IMG/VR virus record: IMGVR_UViG_3300006735_000026
Span: 9,533-73,532 of that record
Direction: 5' to 3' (one strand)
Length of the DNA stretch: 64,000 nucleotides
Source: a virus
Shown: positions 48,776 to 56,656 of the stretch, in pieces
Numbering within the stretch: the stretch's first letter is position 1
How the letters are laid out: every line of letters begins with the position of its first letter
Made by a program: the position numbers and the translations under genes
Notes under the pieces: generated by a model
What the model was told of the DNA's origin: nothing
Database searches by the model: none
Seen by the model: the letters and a program-made list of their open reading frames with translations, nothing else

Positions 48776-48938
48776 TCGCCTCGCCCCATTCTTGATCATT
48801 TTCCTCTAAATCAAATTCAAACAAATAGTGATCCAAATTTATGTTCAATTCTTTACACCTACGCTGCACCTGTTTGTATATCTTTTTAGACTCAAATTCT
48901 ACTACATGATGTGTAGTTTCGATGAGTTGTTTTGTCAT
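48765..48938 (-). CDS. Hypothetical early protein (57 aa)
   Basis: Manually translated MTKQLIETTHHVVEFESKKIYKQVQRRCKELNINLDHYLFEF... Confidence 0.65.
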   Translation of the reverse strand: MTKQLIETTHHVVEFESKKIYKQVQRRCKELNINLDHYLFEFDLEENDQEWGEAMTS

Positions 48939-48963
48939 GATAATGATGCGAATGGTGTGTAAA

Positions 48964-49203
48964 TCAGTTAGTGTAGTATGTTCCCAATGCCTTAGACATT
49001 GTGATTAATTGTTCTTGAATAGTGTTAATCTCTTGCTGTAAGTTCTCTTCTTCTCCATACAGACTCATGAAATCAACTTCACTCCAATCCTGCGTATCTA
49101 CCTTGTTATCTGTAAACATAGGCGTGTAATATAACGTGCCCTCACTGTCAATGCTGTAAGCACATCCGTGCTGTTCTGATGTAAGAATGACTGTGTTTTC
49201 CAT
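48964..49203 (-). CDS. Hypothetical early protein (79 aa)
   Basis: ORF track; HGCAYSIDSEGTLYYTPM. Confidence 0.75.
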   Translation of the reverse strand: MENTVILTSEQHGCAYSIDSEGTLYYTPMFTDNKVDTQDWSEVDFMSLYGEEENLQQEINTIQEQLITMSKALGTYYTN

Positions 49204-49236
49204 GATGTTTGTGTTAGATAAGATGATGAGTAAGGA

Positions 49237-49677
49237 TTAGCGCATGTACAGATAACCACCCGCCCAGTCACATCGCTTGAGACATTCTTCACGGGAGTTG
49301 TCATCAACTAGATTGTATCTTACATGCTTAGCAGGTGCTTTCCATGATGCAGGTTTATATACATCACCAGTGGTTTTATCTACAAAAGCATGCACTGAAC
49401 GTGATGTCCCCATTCTATGCACAATTTTGATATACTTACGACCGACTTCAGTAAAGAACTCGTGATCAACTCCTTTTGAATCAATCTCTAGAATTCTCTT
49501 CTTATGGTATTCAGGCGACTCACCTAAATCGATTGCCTGATTGTGATAACGAAGTTCATTGAACTTCACGTCATCATAGAGAGCACCACAAAGGGTGATT
49601 GCATGGTTTTGGATGTCTGCGATCATTTGATCTTTTTGGGGTTTGGTTTTACAGTAGTCGGAGAATGATTGTTTCAT
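49237..49677 (-). CDS. Conserved phage early protein (146 aa)
   Basis: GRKYIKI...SVHAFVDKTTGDVYKPASWKAPAKHVRYNL...CDWAGGYLY, a widespread phage motif of unknown function; start placed at ATG 49677. Confidence 0.8.
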   Translation of the reverse strand: MKQSFSDYCKTKPQKDQMIADIQNHAITLCGALYDDVKFNELRYHNQAIDLGESPEYHKKRILEIDSKGVDHEFFTEVGRKYIKIVHRMGTSRSVHAFVDKTTGDVYKPASWKAPAKHVRYNLVDDNSREECLKRCDWAGGYLYMR

Positions 49678-49678
49678 A

Positions 49679-49945
49679 TCAGCATGCCATGGGCATATAC
49701 TCGGAGCGATCCATTTTTTCGGTGTTGAAGTCAGTAACCTCAGCACCGTTGGCAATACGCTCAGCAACCTCATTTTTGAAGGTTGTGAATGTGATAGTGC
49801 TGTAGGATTTCTGACCATTAGCACGGAAAGTAACACGCTTGTTAAAACGTTTGATCACAACTTTCATGCCTTTGACTTCATCTGCCTCAGCAATAAATGC
49901 CTCAGGGAAGAAATCAACGATGGTGGCGGAGTTGGTGAGTTGCAT
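49679..49945 (-). CDS. Hypothetical early protein (88 aa)
   Basis: MQLTNSATIVDFFPEAFIAE...; ATG 49945 after promoter F. Confidence 0.75.
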   Translation of the reverse strand: MQLTNSATIVDFFPEAFIAEADEVKGMKVVIKRFNKRVTFRANGQKSYSTITFTTFKNEVAERIANGAEVTDFNTEKMDRSEYMPMAC

Positions 49946-49970
49946 TTGGATCGATTTCCTTGACTCTTTT

Positions 49971-50028
49971 AATATACACGAAAAAGCACCGCTGTGGGGC
50001 GGTGCTGTGCCACTAGTCTGACCGTCAC
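49971..50028 (-). promoter_or_regulatory. Early promoter F with upstream dyad
   Basis: -10 TATATT; dyad GTGCCACT-N6-ACCGTCAC at 50007-50028, 30 bp from the -10; poor -35. Confidence 0.7.
49981..50006 (-). terminator. Rho-independent terminator nested in promoter F
   Basis: AGCACCGC-CCCACA-GCGGTGCT followed by TTTT, after the ParB-like gene stop. Confidence 0.75.
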
Positions 50029-51290
50029 ACATATATGAGATTGTTACGAGTCATTTCATTAGGGTAAAGTGGCAATCTAGCGTGACGAATGTTAACACCT
50101 TTGTCAGTGTCTAACATGTTACCTAGACCTGCAATATCTCTGATCATTTCATAGAACTCACTTTTGATAACATTATCTTTTGCTTTGATACTTTCCTCAG
50201 TGAAGGAGTTAGCAACCTCAGGAGAAATAACATGAATCACCATGAAACCTTTGTCAGGATATTGTTGCACCATCTTGGCAAGTTTCAAGACAGTGTGAAG
50301 CATAACAGATCCTTTGTCGATATACACGAAACAGATCTGATCTGTCTCGGGGTTTCTGTAAATGCCCTCAGACGTTTTGGCACCGTCCATGATCACCCAC
50401 CCAGGACGATTGCGGGTAACCCACTCACTAACCTCAGAAGCGTAGTAACGTTTAATGTCGGAGTGATATTCATGCTCTTCACTAGCATTGAAGATGCGAA
50501 GAACAGCATTGATTTGTGTGCCATCCACGTCGTAATCTTGCCTGAGTTTATCCTCTAGAATCTGATCAATGCTCTTCCCAGTGTATCCCTCTTCTTTAGT
50601 TGCTTCTACTAAGTTATGCAAATCAGACTCAGGATCGATAACAGTTTTAACCAGTGCATTAGAAATATCTGCATTAGTTCTGGGTTGCACTACATTAGTA
50701 TCACGATTGCAGAAAGCATTACCAAACTCCCAGATCTCTCCTAGATTCATGTCAAGAACCCATGCAAAGATAACATCCTCACCGAGACCTGTAATTGCTT
50801 TGAAACGATGATTACCATCGAGCAGACCGTAGATAACCTTGACACCAGTCAATTCATCAATATATTGATACTCTTCGGGCAGCACGATCAGCATCATTTG
50901 ATCTTTTGTTGCTTCCCATTCTTTAGCAGCGATTACCTTTTGAAACTTTGCAATAGTATCAGCATTAGTAGTCACATCCTTACGGATCTGCAATCCATTT
51001 GGATAAGTAACCTCGCCAGTCTTTCTATTAGAAAGAGGTACGCAAGGAGGGTGAATCTGACGGATGTCGATTGCTTGAAGTTGCTTTTTAAGCATCCTTC
51101 CATATGCACGACGTTGCCTGCGGTTAAGTGCAGCATTCAGACGATAATAACCACCCTGAGGTAGTTCCGCCATGCTACGATGGTGAGCAAGATTCTCACT
51201 ATTGAAGAAAAGATTCTCGTTGAGATTTTCCTCTGTGATAATATCAGTGTTTTCAGTCAAAAACTTTTCGTCCAATGCTGTGTATGTCAT
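50025..51290 (-). CDS. ParB/Sulfiredoxin-like N-terminal domain protein (421 aa)
   Basis: LQIR...YGLLDGNHRFKAI..LG...IFAWV matches the ParB/Srx G.HR box; ATGA-coupled to the MTase. Confidence 0.7.
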   Translation of the reverse strand: MTYTALDEKFLTENTDIITEENLNENLFFNSENLAHHRSMAELPQGGYYRLNAALNRRQRRAYGRMLKKQLQAIDIRQIHPPCVPLSNRKTGEVTYPNGLQIRKDVTTNADTIAKFQKVIAAKEWEATKDQMMLIVLPEEYQYIDELTGVKVIYGLLDGNHRFKAITGLGEDVIFAWVLDMNLGEIWEFGNAFCNRDTNVVQPRTNADISNALVKTVIDPESDLHNLVEATKEEGYTGKSIDQILEDKLRQDYDVDGTQINAVLRIFNASEEHEYHSDIKRYYASEVSEWVTRNRPGWVIMDGAKTSEGIYRNPETDQICFVYIDKGSVMLHTVLKLAKMVQQYPDKGFMVIHVISPEVANSFTEESIKAKDNVIKSEFYEMIRDIAGLGNMLDTDKGVNIRHARLPLYPNEMTRNNLIYV

Positions 51291-52051
51291 AGATTTGTAA
51301 TATCGATAGGGATTGATTGTATTCTGTCTTGAGAGATTCTAACATATTCCGCGTCAGTGTCAATGCCAATAAACTTTCTGTTAAGTTTTACCGCAGCGAC
51401 ACCAGTAGAACCAGAACCCATGCAATTATCTAGTACAGTTTCACCCTCATTTGAGTAAGTTTTGATCAACCACTCCATCAAAGGCACGGGTTTTTGCGTA
51501 GGATGCACTTGCTGTTGTGCGCTAAAATCTCTAGAGATGTTAACAATCGACTTAGGATAGCGTGTTCCTTTGTTCTCAAAGGATTTACGCGGTTTCATAC
51601 CATAACCATGGTCATTCTTGCGACCCACATAACCCTCAGGATTCTTACTAGTTCGTGCGTATGGTTCTCCTTTTTCCATCTGTGGATTATATGTTCCGCC
51701 TGCTTCTTTGTAGAAGATCAGTATATTTTCATGCGTCTTCATTGGTCGCTTCTTTGCTAGTCCAGGACTGCCACATTTGTTCTTATTCCACACCAACTCA
51801 TAGCGAAACCAATCTAACTTAGAGCAGATCAATTGTGCAGAGAATGGTTGTGATCCAAACAGGATAATCACTCCCTTAGGTTTCAGTATTCTATCGTATT
51901 GTGCCCACATTCTATCAAAATCTAATATTTCATCCCACTTGATGCTAGTGGTGCCATAGGGTGGGTCACAACAGATAAGATCGATGGAATTATCCTCAAT
52001 GTTATCCATCAAGGAAAGGCAGTCGCCTGTGTGTAACTCAAAGGAACTCAT
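51287..52051 (-). CDS. DNA methyltransferase, beta class (N6-adenine/N4-cytosine)
   Basis: GDCL...SIDLICCDPPYG (motif IV) precedes HPTQKP..LMEWLIKTYSNEGETVLDNCMGSGSTG (motif I); alternative start at 52060. Confidence 0.92.
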   Translation of the reverse strand: MSSFELHTGDCLSLMDNIEDNSIDLICCDPPYGTTSIKWDEILDFDRMWAQYDRILKPKGVIILFGSQPFSAQLICSKLDWFRYELVWNKNKCGSPGLAKKRPMKTHENILIFYKEAGGTYNPQMEKGEPYARTSKNPEGYVGRKNDHGYGMKPRKSFENKGTRYPKSIVNISRDFSAQQQVHPTQKPVPLMEWLIKTYSNEGETVLDNCMGSGSTGVAAVKLNRKFIGIDTDAEYVRISQDRIQSIPIDITNL

Positions 52052-52643
52052 AACCCTCATGCTGTGTTAGTTTTTTCTTTACTGATTCTTTATAACATCC
52101 TACCAGAAATTCGTATGCTTGTCTATGATCACGTTTGACACTGACAGTGTTATCACTCCACTTAATTTGGAAGGGTAAGTTATTACCATTTGGAGTAAGT
52201 TTGTTCAGAGTCTTGAGAGATGTTAGATGAACTTCATTATTGTTTTTGTTAATTGACAGGATATAATAGTCGCGTCCATTATCATCGTACCGAGCACTTT
52301 CTAATGCTTTTTGAAACTGTTGCCACCTTCTACCTTTCTTGACTACATCATCCTCACTCAACTTAGTCAGTGCCCAGAGAATAGCAGATTTAGAGGAGAA
52401 GTTATCAGCAGCACCATAACTAGAGGATTTAATGTTAAATGGATACCCGAAGATCTTCACATCCCACCACCATCGTGCGGGAGGTTCTTCGATATTTTCC
52501 TCACCATATTTATCGATGAGGAGTTTAATCAACGTAGTTTCATCAGCGATACTGTTAACACGTCCATCCTCATGATCTTCAGCGATGTCAATTTTGATTT
52601 GATTGAGGTACTTTAGAACCTCTAGTAATTTTTCGGGAAACAT
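52038..52643 (-). CDS. Putative type II restriction endonuclease (PD-(D/E)xK-like, 201 aa)
   Basis: EDGRVNS..DE, P.RWWWD...YPFNIK, ADN, RDYYILSINK and SLK....PNGNNLPFQIKW. From memory this motif order matches the Helicobacter Hpy8I/HP0909-type enzymes. Overlaps the MTase gene. Confidence 0.7.
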   Translation of the reverse strand: MFPEKLLEVLKYLNQIKIDIAEDHEDGRVNSIADETTLIKLLIDKYGEENIEEPPARWWWDVKIFGYPFNIKSSSYGAADNFSSKSAILWALTKLSEDDVVKKGRRWQQFQKALESARYDDNGRDYYILSINKNNNEVHLTSLKTLNKLTPNGNNLPFQIKWSDNTVSVKRDHRQAYEFLVGCYKESVKKKLTQHEGYEFL

Positions 52644-52669
52644 GATTGAATTAAAGAGAGACTTACGGA

Positions 52670-53908
52670 TCAGCAGTATGCAAGAGGAGGAATACCCTCC
52701 ATGAAGATCTGATTGACCACATTTTGCAGACGCTGAGCAATAGCGTTGCCCATTTTGTAACCTGTTGGCATAGTTACAATGCCCTCACATTTCTTGTAAA
52801 GGTGAAACGCACCAGCAGGGATGCGACCTTCAGCAACAGCAGCGCGGTCATCTTTATGCACACGGATAACACGACCGATTGTCTGTGCCATCTCAACGAT
52901 GGGCAGATTACGGAGGAGGATAGTGTGAGTCAGACCAGGAACATTGATGCCCTCAGAGAGAATCGAATAGTGGAAGATCACGAACTTTTTAGTGTCATCA
53001 GCACCCCAAGTCTGGAGGGTCTGGAAGAACTCTTCACGACCAACTTTTTTGTCATTGATGATAGCACCAAACTTGCTGGTGATATGCATCACGTCGTAAC
53101 CCTTGCGATAGAAGTAATCAAGGATGTCAGTCTGTCCGAGCATGTTACCCAGAACTTTGCTGGATGGTGCTGCAACCAGAACTTTTGGTTTCTGGAATAC
53201 ATCAAGTTGCTCAAACATATCCTTGAGGTTGTCAGCATCTACCTCGTGTGCGTTGTACTTGTTACGGGTGCGATTGGTCTCGAAAGGAACAACACGAGGG
53301 GGAACGATTGCACCTGCTTCGATAAGTTCCTGAGCAGGAACATTGCAGAGCACACCACCCCAAACATCAGTATTGTTCATGCCACGAGCAACACTCACAC
53401 CACGACCAGTTTTAGGAGTTGCGGTGAAATAGTAGCGGCGCTTAGCATACTGAGCAGTAGCAAAGACGCTAGTGAAAAAGTGCTTACCGCACCCATTGTG
53501 TGCTTCATCGAAATAGATAGTGTCAATATTGATGCCACTCTCTACAACACGGTGCAGAGAATGGTAGGTAGTAAAGATGATGCAGGACTCACTAGCAGCA
53601 CGAGCAGTGTTAGCGAACAGAGCAATTTTGTCTGCTTTAGTTGTGCTGAAGTGATGAGTTTCACCACTGTGAGCGTGGCAAACATGTGTCCAAGTAGCAG
53701 ACACAAACTCCATGAACTCTTCACACAATTGATTAGCGAGAAGAATACGAGGAGCAACAACAACTGTGGTGCTACCTTGTGCAGCACGAGCGAGCGTGTC
53801 TGCGATCATGATATAAGTCTTGCCACCACCAGTAGGCACAATAATTTGACCTGCATTGTTGCTTTGCATAGCATCAAATGCACGTTGCTGATGGGGGCGA
53901 AGGTTCAT
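52670..53908 (-). CDS. SF2 DEAH-box (ResIII-like) helicase (412 aa)
   Basis: LRPHQ, PTGGGKT, DEAH, FTATP, ILSEGINVP and QTIGRVIR motifs. Confidence 0.9.
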   Translation of the reverse strand: MNLRPHQQRAFDAMQSNNAGQIIVPTGGGKTYIMIADTLARAAQGSTTVVVAPRILLANQLCEEFMEFVSATWTHVCHAHSGETHHFSTTKADKIALFANTARAASESCIIFTTYHSLHRVVESGINIDTIYFDEAHNGCGKHFFTSVFATAQYAKRRYYFTATPKTGRGVSVARGMNNTDVWGGVLCNVPAQELIEAGAIVPPRVVPFETNRTRNKYNAHEVDADNLKDMFEQLDVFQKPKVLVAAPSSKVLGNMLGQTDILDYFYRKGYDVMHITSKFGAIINDKKVGREEFFQTLQTWGADDTKKFVIFHYSILSEGINVPGLTHTILLRNLPIVEMAQTIGRVIRVHKDDRAAVAEGRIPAGAFHLYKKCEGIVTMPTGYKMGNAIAQRLQNVVNQIFMEGIPPLAYC

Positions 53909-53930
53909 GCGATCTCTTGACTATGAATAT

Positions 53931-53988
53931 AGTATGACATGAAAAAGGACCCCTGTCAAGGAGTCCGTGCCAGTTATGCAGGTGTCAC
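53931..53988 (-). promoter_or_regulatory. Early promoter G with upstream dyad
   Basis: TTGACA-17-CATACT with TG extension; dyad GTGCCAGT-N6-GGTGTCAC at 53967-53988, 30 bp from the -10. Confidence 0.8.
53942..53966 (-). terminator. Rho-independent terminator nested in promoter G
   Basis: GGACTCC-TTGACA-GGGGTCC-TTTTT; the loop is the -35 hexamer. Confidence 0.65.
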
Positions 53989-54129
53989 ATCCCACTCATC
54001 GGTGGGAACCATTGTTTTAATCACATGCTCAACATTTTCGATACCGTAAACAATAACCTCCTGATTAGAAGTGAATCCATTTACTTTTTTTTGACGACGC
54101 CATGATACACGCCAGCGATCATTCGGCAT
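53974..54129 (-). CDS. Hypothetical protein (51 aa)
   Basis: Manually translated MPNDRWRVSWRRQKKVNGFTSNQEVIVYGIENVEHVIKTMVPTDEWDVTPA. Confidence 0.65.
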   Translation of the reverse strand: MPNDRWRVSWRRQKKVNGFTSNQEVIVYGIENVEHVIKTMVPTDEWDVTPA

Positions 54130-54250
54130 AAGTCAGTTCATTAATCACTTCATTTTCACTGCCAAGGATAGCAGCAACCCAGTCATCTTCAGGTGCTTGA
54201 ACGATGTCATTATCGTCCCAAGAGATGTCAAAGTTCTCATCAAAGTTCAT
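54119..54250 (-). CDS. Small acidic protein (43 aa)
   Basis: Manually translated MNFDENFDISWDDNDIVQAPEDDWVAAILGSENEVINELTYAE; GGAGG SD. Confidence 0.7.
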   Translation of the reverse strand: MNFDENFDISWDDNDIVQAPEDDWVAAILGSENEVINELTYAE

Positions 54251-54410
54251 AACCAAATCCTCCTTTTTGAGCAATGATAGTAGAGCGGTGCCAATCTTTC
54301 AATTGACGAAGTTTTTTCTTTAGGCGATGCATTTCTTCCTCAGTATAGAGGAAAGGATCTTCATTGCCTTTTTTGATTGCATATTTCAGCAACTTGATGT
54401 CTTTCTTCAT
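54240..54410 (-). CDS. Hypothetical basic protein (56 aa)
   Basis: Manually translated MKKDIKLLKYAIKKGNEDPFLYTEEEMHRLKKKLRQLK...KGGFG. Confidence 0.7.
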   Translation of the reverse strand: MKKDIKLLKYAIKKGNEDPFLYTEEEMHRLKKKLRQLKDWHRSTIIAQKGGFGYEL

Positions 54411-54601
54411 CGATATAAATCGGTTAGATGTAGTTTTTCTACGATTGCCTCAATCTCTGACATCTTTTCAAGATACACAGATTGTTCAATCAGATTATCA
54501 CGGTAGTAACGTTTTTGCAAGTTTGAAACGTACATGAAAAGTGCATCCTTTAGGATCATTTTTTCTTCTTTGTTAAGAATTGCAGTGTGTAAAAATTGCA
54601 T
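54407..54601 (-). CDS. Hypothetical protein (64 aa)
   Basis: ORF track; ATGA coupling. Confidence 0.7.
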   Translation of the reverse strand: MQFLHTAILNKEEKMILKDALFMYVSNLQKRYYRDNLIEQSVYLEKMSEIEAIVEKLHLTDLYR

Positions 54602-54602
54602 C

Positions 54603-54788
54603 CTAATCTACTCTCCTCATTGTTTTGAGGTAATCAAGTACATACTCACGAACGTACATTAGTTCATGATAGCACTTTTGATTGTGAGCACATTGACGTA
54701 ACTTAGGATCTGGTTTGAGGACTGACTCTATAAAAAGATCGAGTCCCCTATTAAACTTTACGTCTTGAGATTCAGAGTCGAAGTCCAT
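54603..54788 (-). CDS. Conserved cyanophage hypothetical protein (61 aa)
   Basis: NRGLDLFIESVLKPDPKLRQCAHNQKCYHELMYVR. Confidence 0.75.
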   Translation of the reverse strand: MDFDSESQDVKFNRGLDLFIESVLKPDPKLRQCAHNQKCYHELMYVREYVLDYLKTMRRVD

Positions 54789-54800
54789 TCGATTAAATTG

Positions 54801-54905
54801 TTATGCTTGAGTGGTGTAATCTAAATCATAGTCTATCTCAGATGCATCGTCAAACTCCATATCTTCATAGAATTTTTCGATTTCATCATAGTCATTGCCA
54901 TCCAT
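54801..54905 (-). CDS. Very acidic peptide (about 34 aa)
   Basis: MDGNDYDEIEKFYEDMEFDDASEIDYDLDYTTQA; overlaps the end of the upstream basic ORF. Confidence 0.5.
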   Translation of the reverse strand: MDGNDYDEIEKFYEDMEFDDASEIDYDLDYTTQA

Positions 54906-55083
54906 CATCCTCGTACTCAACTCCACGTTTTCCTTTTTTGTTGTTTTTGGATTGATAATTGTCATTTGAATCTTCTCCCCAGTTTGCTCGATTGGTCCCG
55001 CCACGTTGTCGTTTGTCACGGATAGATTTACCAGGCGAGTAGTAACCGCGTTCGGCACCACCACGTCGAAAAGTCTTGCCCAT
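54892..55083 (-). CDS. Arg/Lys/Gly-rich low-complexity protein (63 aa)
   Basis: MGKTFRRGGAERGYYSPGKSIRDKRQRGG... Confidence 0.7.
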   Translation of the reverse strand: MGKTFRRGGAERGYYSPGKSIRDKRQRGGTNRANWGEDSNDNYQSKNNKKGKRGVEYEDDGWQ

Positions 55084-55126
55084 GTCTAAAGATGCTCGGA
55101 TTTAAGATAAACTATAGAAATATGTA

Positions 55127-55345
55127 TCAGGAATCGGTATCCCGATAAAGGGAAGAGTAATCAAAGTCATCATCTGTCTTTTCAGAGACAGGGTAAACTT
55201 GAGTACGCAATTCTTCAAAGCAATAACCGACACCTTTCAAGAAATCTTGAGTCTTTTCAACAACTTCTTCGAGGATGTCTGCTTCAAATTCTTTTGTTGA
55301 TACAGTTTTATCTTCATCAGTACAGATGAGAGTGAATTGAGGCAT
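55127..55345 (-). CDS. Hypothetical early protein (72 aa)
   Basis: QFTLIC.DED...TKEFEAD.L.EVV....DFLKGVGY; first gene after promoter H. Confidence 0.75.
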   Translation of the reverse strand: MPQFTLICTDEDKTVSTKEFEADILEEVVEKTQDFLKGVGYCFEELRTQVYPVSEKTDDDFDYSSLYRDTDS

Positions 55346-55370
55346 TAGTCCTACCGTTGATTACTTCGTA

Positions 55371-55427
55371 AGCATAGCATAAAAAAACCCCCTATGCAAG
55401 GGGGTGTGCCACTTAAGTAATTGGTTA
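55371..55427 (-). promoter_or_regulatory. Early promoter H with upstream dyad
   Basis: TTGCAT-17-TATGCT with TG extension; dyad GTGCCACT-N6-ATTGGTTA at 55406-55427, 29 bp from the -10. Confidence 0.7.
55381..55405 (-). terminator. Rho-independent terminator ending the fibre array, nested in promoter H
   Basis: ACCCCC-TTGCATA-GGGGGT followed by TTTTTT. Confidence 0.75.
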
Positions 55428-56627
55428 CGCTCGATATCGAAGCATCACGACACCAGATCCACCAGTTCCACCAGTGCCGCTATCCTCTCCACCGCCACCG
55501 CCACCAGTGTTTGCGCTACCGTTGCCAGGGTTAGTGTTAGGACTCTGGCGACCACCGATGCCACCGCCACCGAGACCACCACGACCCACTTCAGCGTTGG
55601 ATTCAACTCCACCACCGCCGCCACCTGCTAACCAGTAACTCCTATTAATTCTCTCTCCAATACCAGTAACCTCACCGAATGGATTAACAACACCGAAACC
55701 ACCATTTCCAGCAAAATCATTATTTCTAGAGTTTTCACCAGGGGCACCAGCGCCACCACCACCGCCTTGAGGATAGTGAGGACCACCACGACCGCTAGCA
55801 CCAGCATAACCCTGTCCAGCAGTTCCAGAAGCGCCAGCACGAGTGCTCACAGAACCTCCACCAGAACCTCCAGATCTTCCAGTTGCAGAACCCCATGATG
55901 CTCCACCACCACCGCCAAGGGCAACAATACCATTAAAACTAGAATCACTGCCATCACTAGCATCAGAACCCGAACTGCCAGACCCAGGACCACCAGGACC
56001 CACAACGACTGCATAAGATCCAGGCGAGAGGGTCATATCTCCCTCAGCAGCAGCACCACCACCCGAAGGGAACCCAGGAACGTTAGAACGATAACCACCA
56101 GCACCACCACCAGCGCCAACGTCACCACCACCGCCGCCTCCACCGCCAGCGACTACAACATATTGAACACTATCACTTCCCGATGAAACTGTTAAGTTAC
56201 CATTAGAAGTAAATACATGATATTTCCAACCATCTCCAGGAGTATATTCATCACCACCTGATGCAGTCATAGCAATTGCTTGACCCATACTAATTTGAAC
56301 CCAAGAGGTTGTAGCAGTATCATAAATTTCTAATTTTGAATCTGCAATGTTAACACCAGTCAGACCATTTACTAAACCAGTTGTTGGTCTCCCTGCAACA
56401 TTTGCCCATGTGGGAAACACACCACCACCAGAAACAGTTTGCCATGCAGATCCATCATAAACCTCTAATGCAACTTCATCGGTATTATATACTGTTTGAC
56501 CAGCAACAGGACTACCAGGTCTAGTTGCAGTAGTAACAGAGGGGAATTGAAATCCACCGAGTGCCTGTAAAATACCACTACTAGTAATATTAGTTGCTTG
56601 TAGATGATCTACGTTAAATTGACTCAT
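55425..56627 (-). CDS. Short fibre/adhesin with C-terminal glycine-rich domain (400 aa)
   Basis: Two P..T...RP...G...YN modules, then YHVFTSNG...VVAGGGGGG...GGSGVVMLRY glycine-rich domain. Confidence 0.8.
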   Translation of the reverse strand: MSQFNVDHLQATNITSSGILQALGGFQFPSVTTATRPGSPVAGQTVYNTDEVALEVYDGSAWQTVSGGGVFPTWANVAGRPTTGLVNGLTGVNIADSKLEIYDTATTSWVQISMGQAIAMTASGGDEYTPGDGWKYHVFTSNGNLTVSSGSDSVQYVVVAGGGGGGGGDVGAGGGAGGYRSNVPGFPSGGGAAAEGDMTLSPGSYAVVVGPGGPGSGSSGSDASDGSDSSFNGIVALGGGGGASWGSATGRSGGSGGGSVSTRAGASGTAGQGYAGASGRGGPHYPQGGGGGAGAPGENSRNNDFAGNGGFGVVNPFGEVTGIGERINRSYWLAGGGGGGVESNAEVGRGGLGGGGIGGRQSPNTNPGNGSANTGGGGGGEDSGTGGTGGSGVVMLRYRA

Positions 56628-56649
56628 TTTTCAAATAACTCTGTATTGA

Positions 56650-56656
56650 TATTTAG
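56650..56656 (-). promoter_or_regulatory. Late promoter (CTAAATA)
   Basis: Overlaps the upstream stop, about 23 bp before the next ATG. Confidence 0.65.

Noticed and set aside
49237-50032. Longer starts given by the ORF track (49836, 50032; likewise 46692, 48154, 45947, 55064)
   Set aside because: Extensions run through promoters or overlap other genes; downstream ATGs fit promoter and SD positions better
52724-53920. 398-aa plus-strand ORF antisense to the helicase
   Set aside because: Mirrors the helicase codon register, has no recognisable motifs and no promoter or SD; best explained as a codon-bias shadow
46397-55427. Recurrent palindromic repeat as a CRISPR-like or integron attC array
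   Set aside because: Copies are degenerate, irregularly spaced (0.3-4 kb), tied to -10 boxes at fixed distance, and no cas or integrase gene is present
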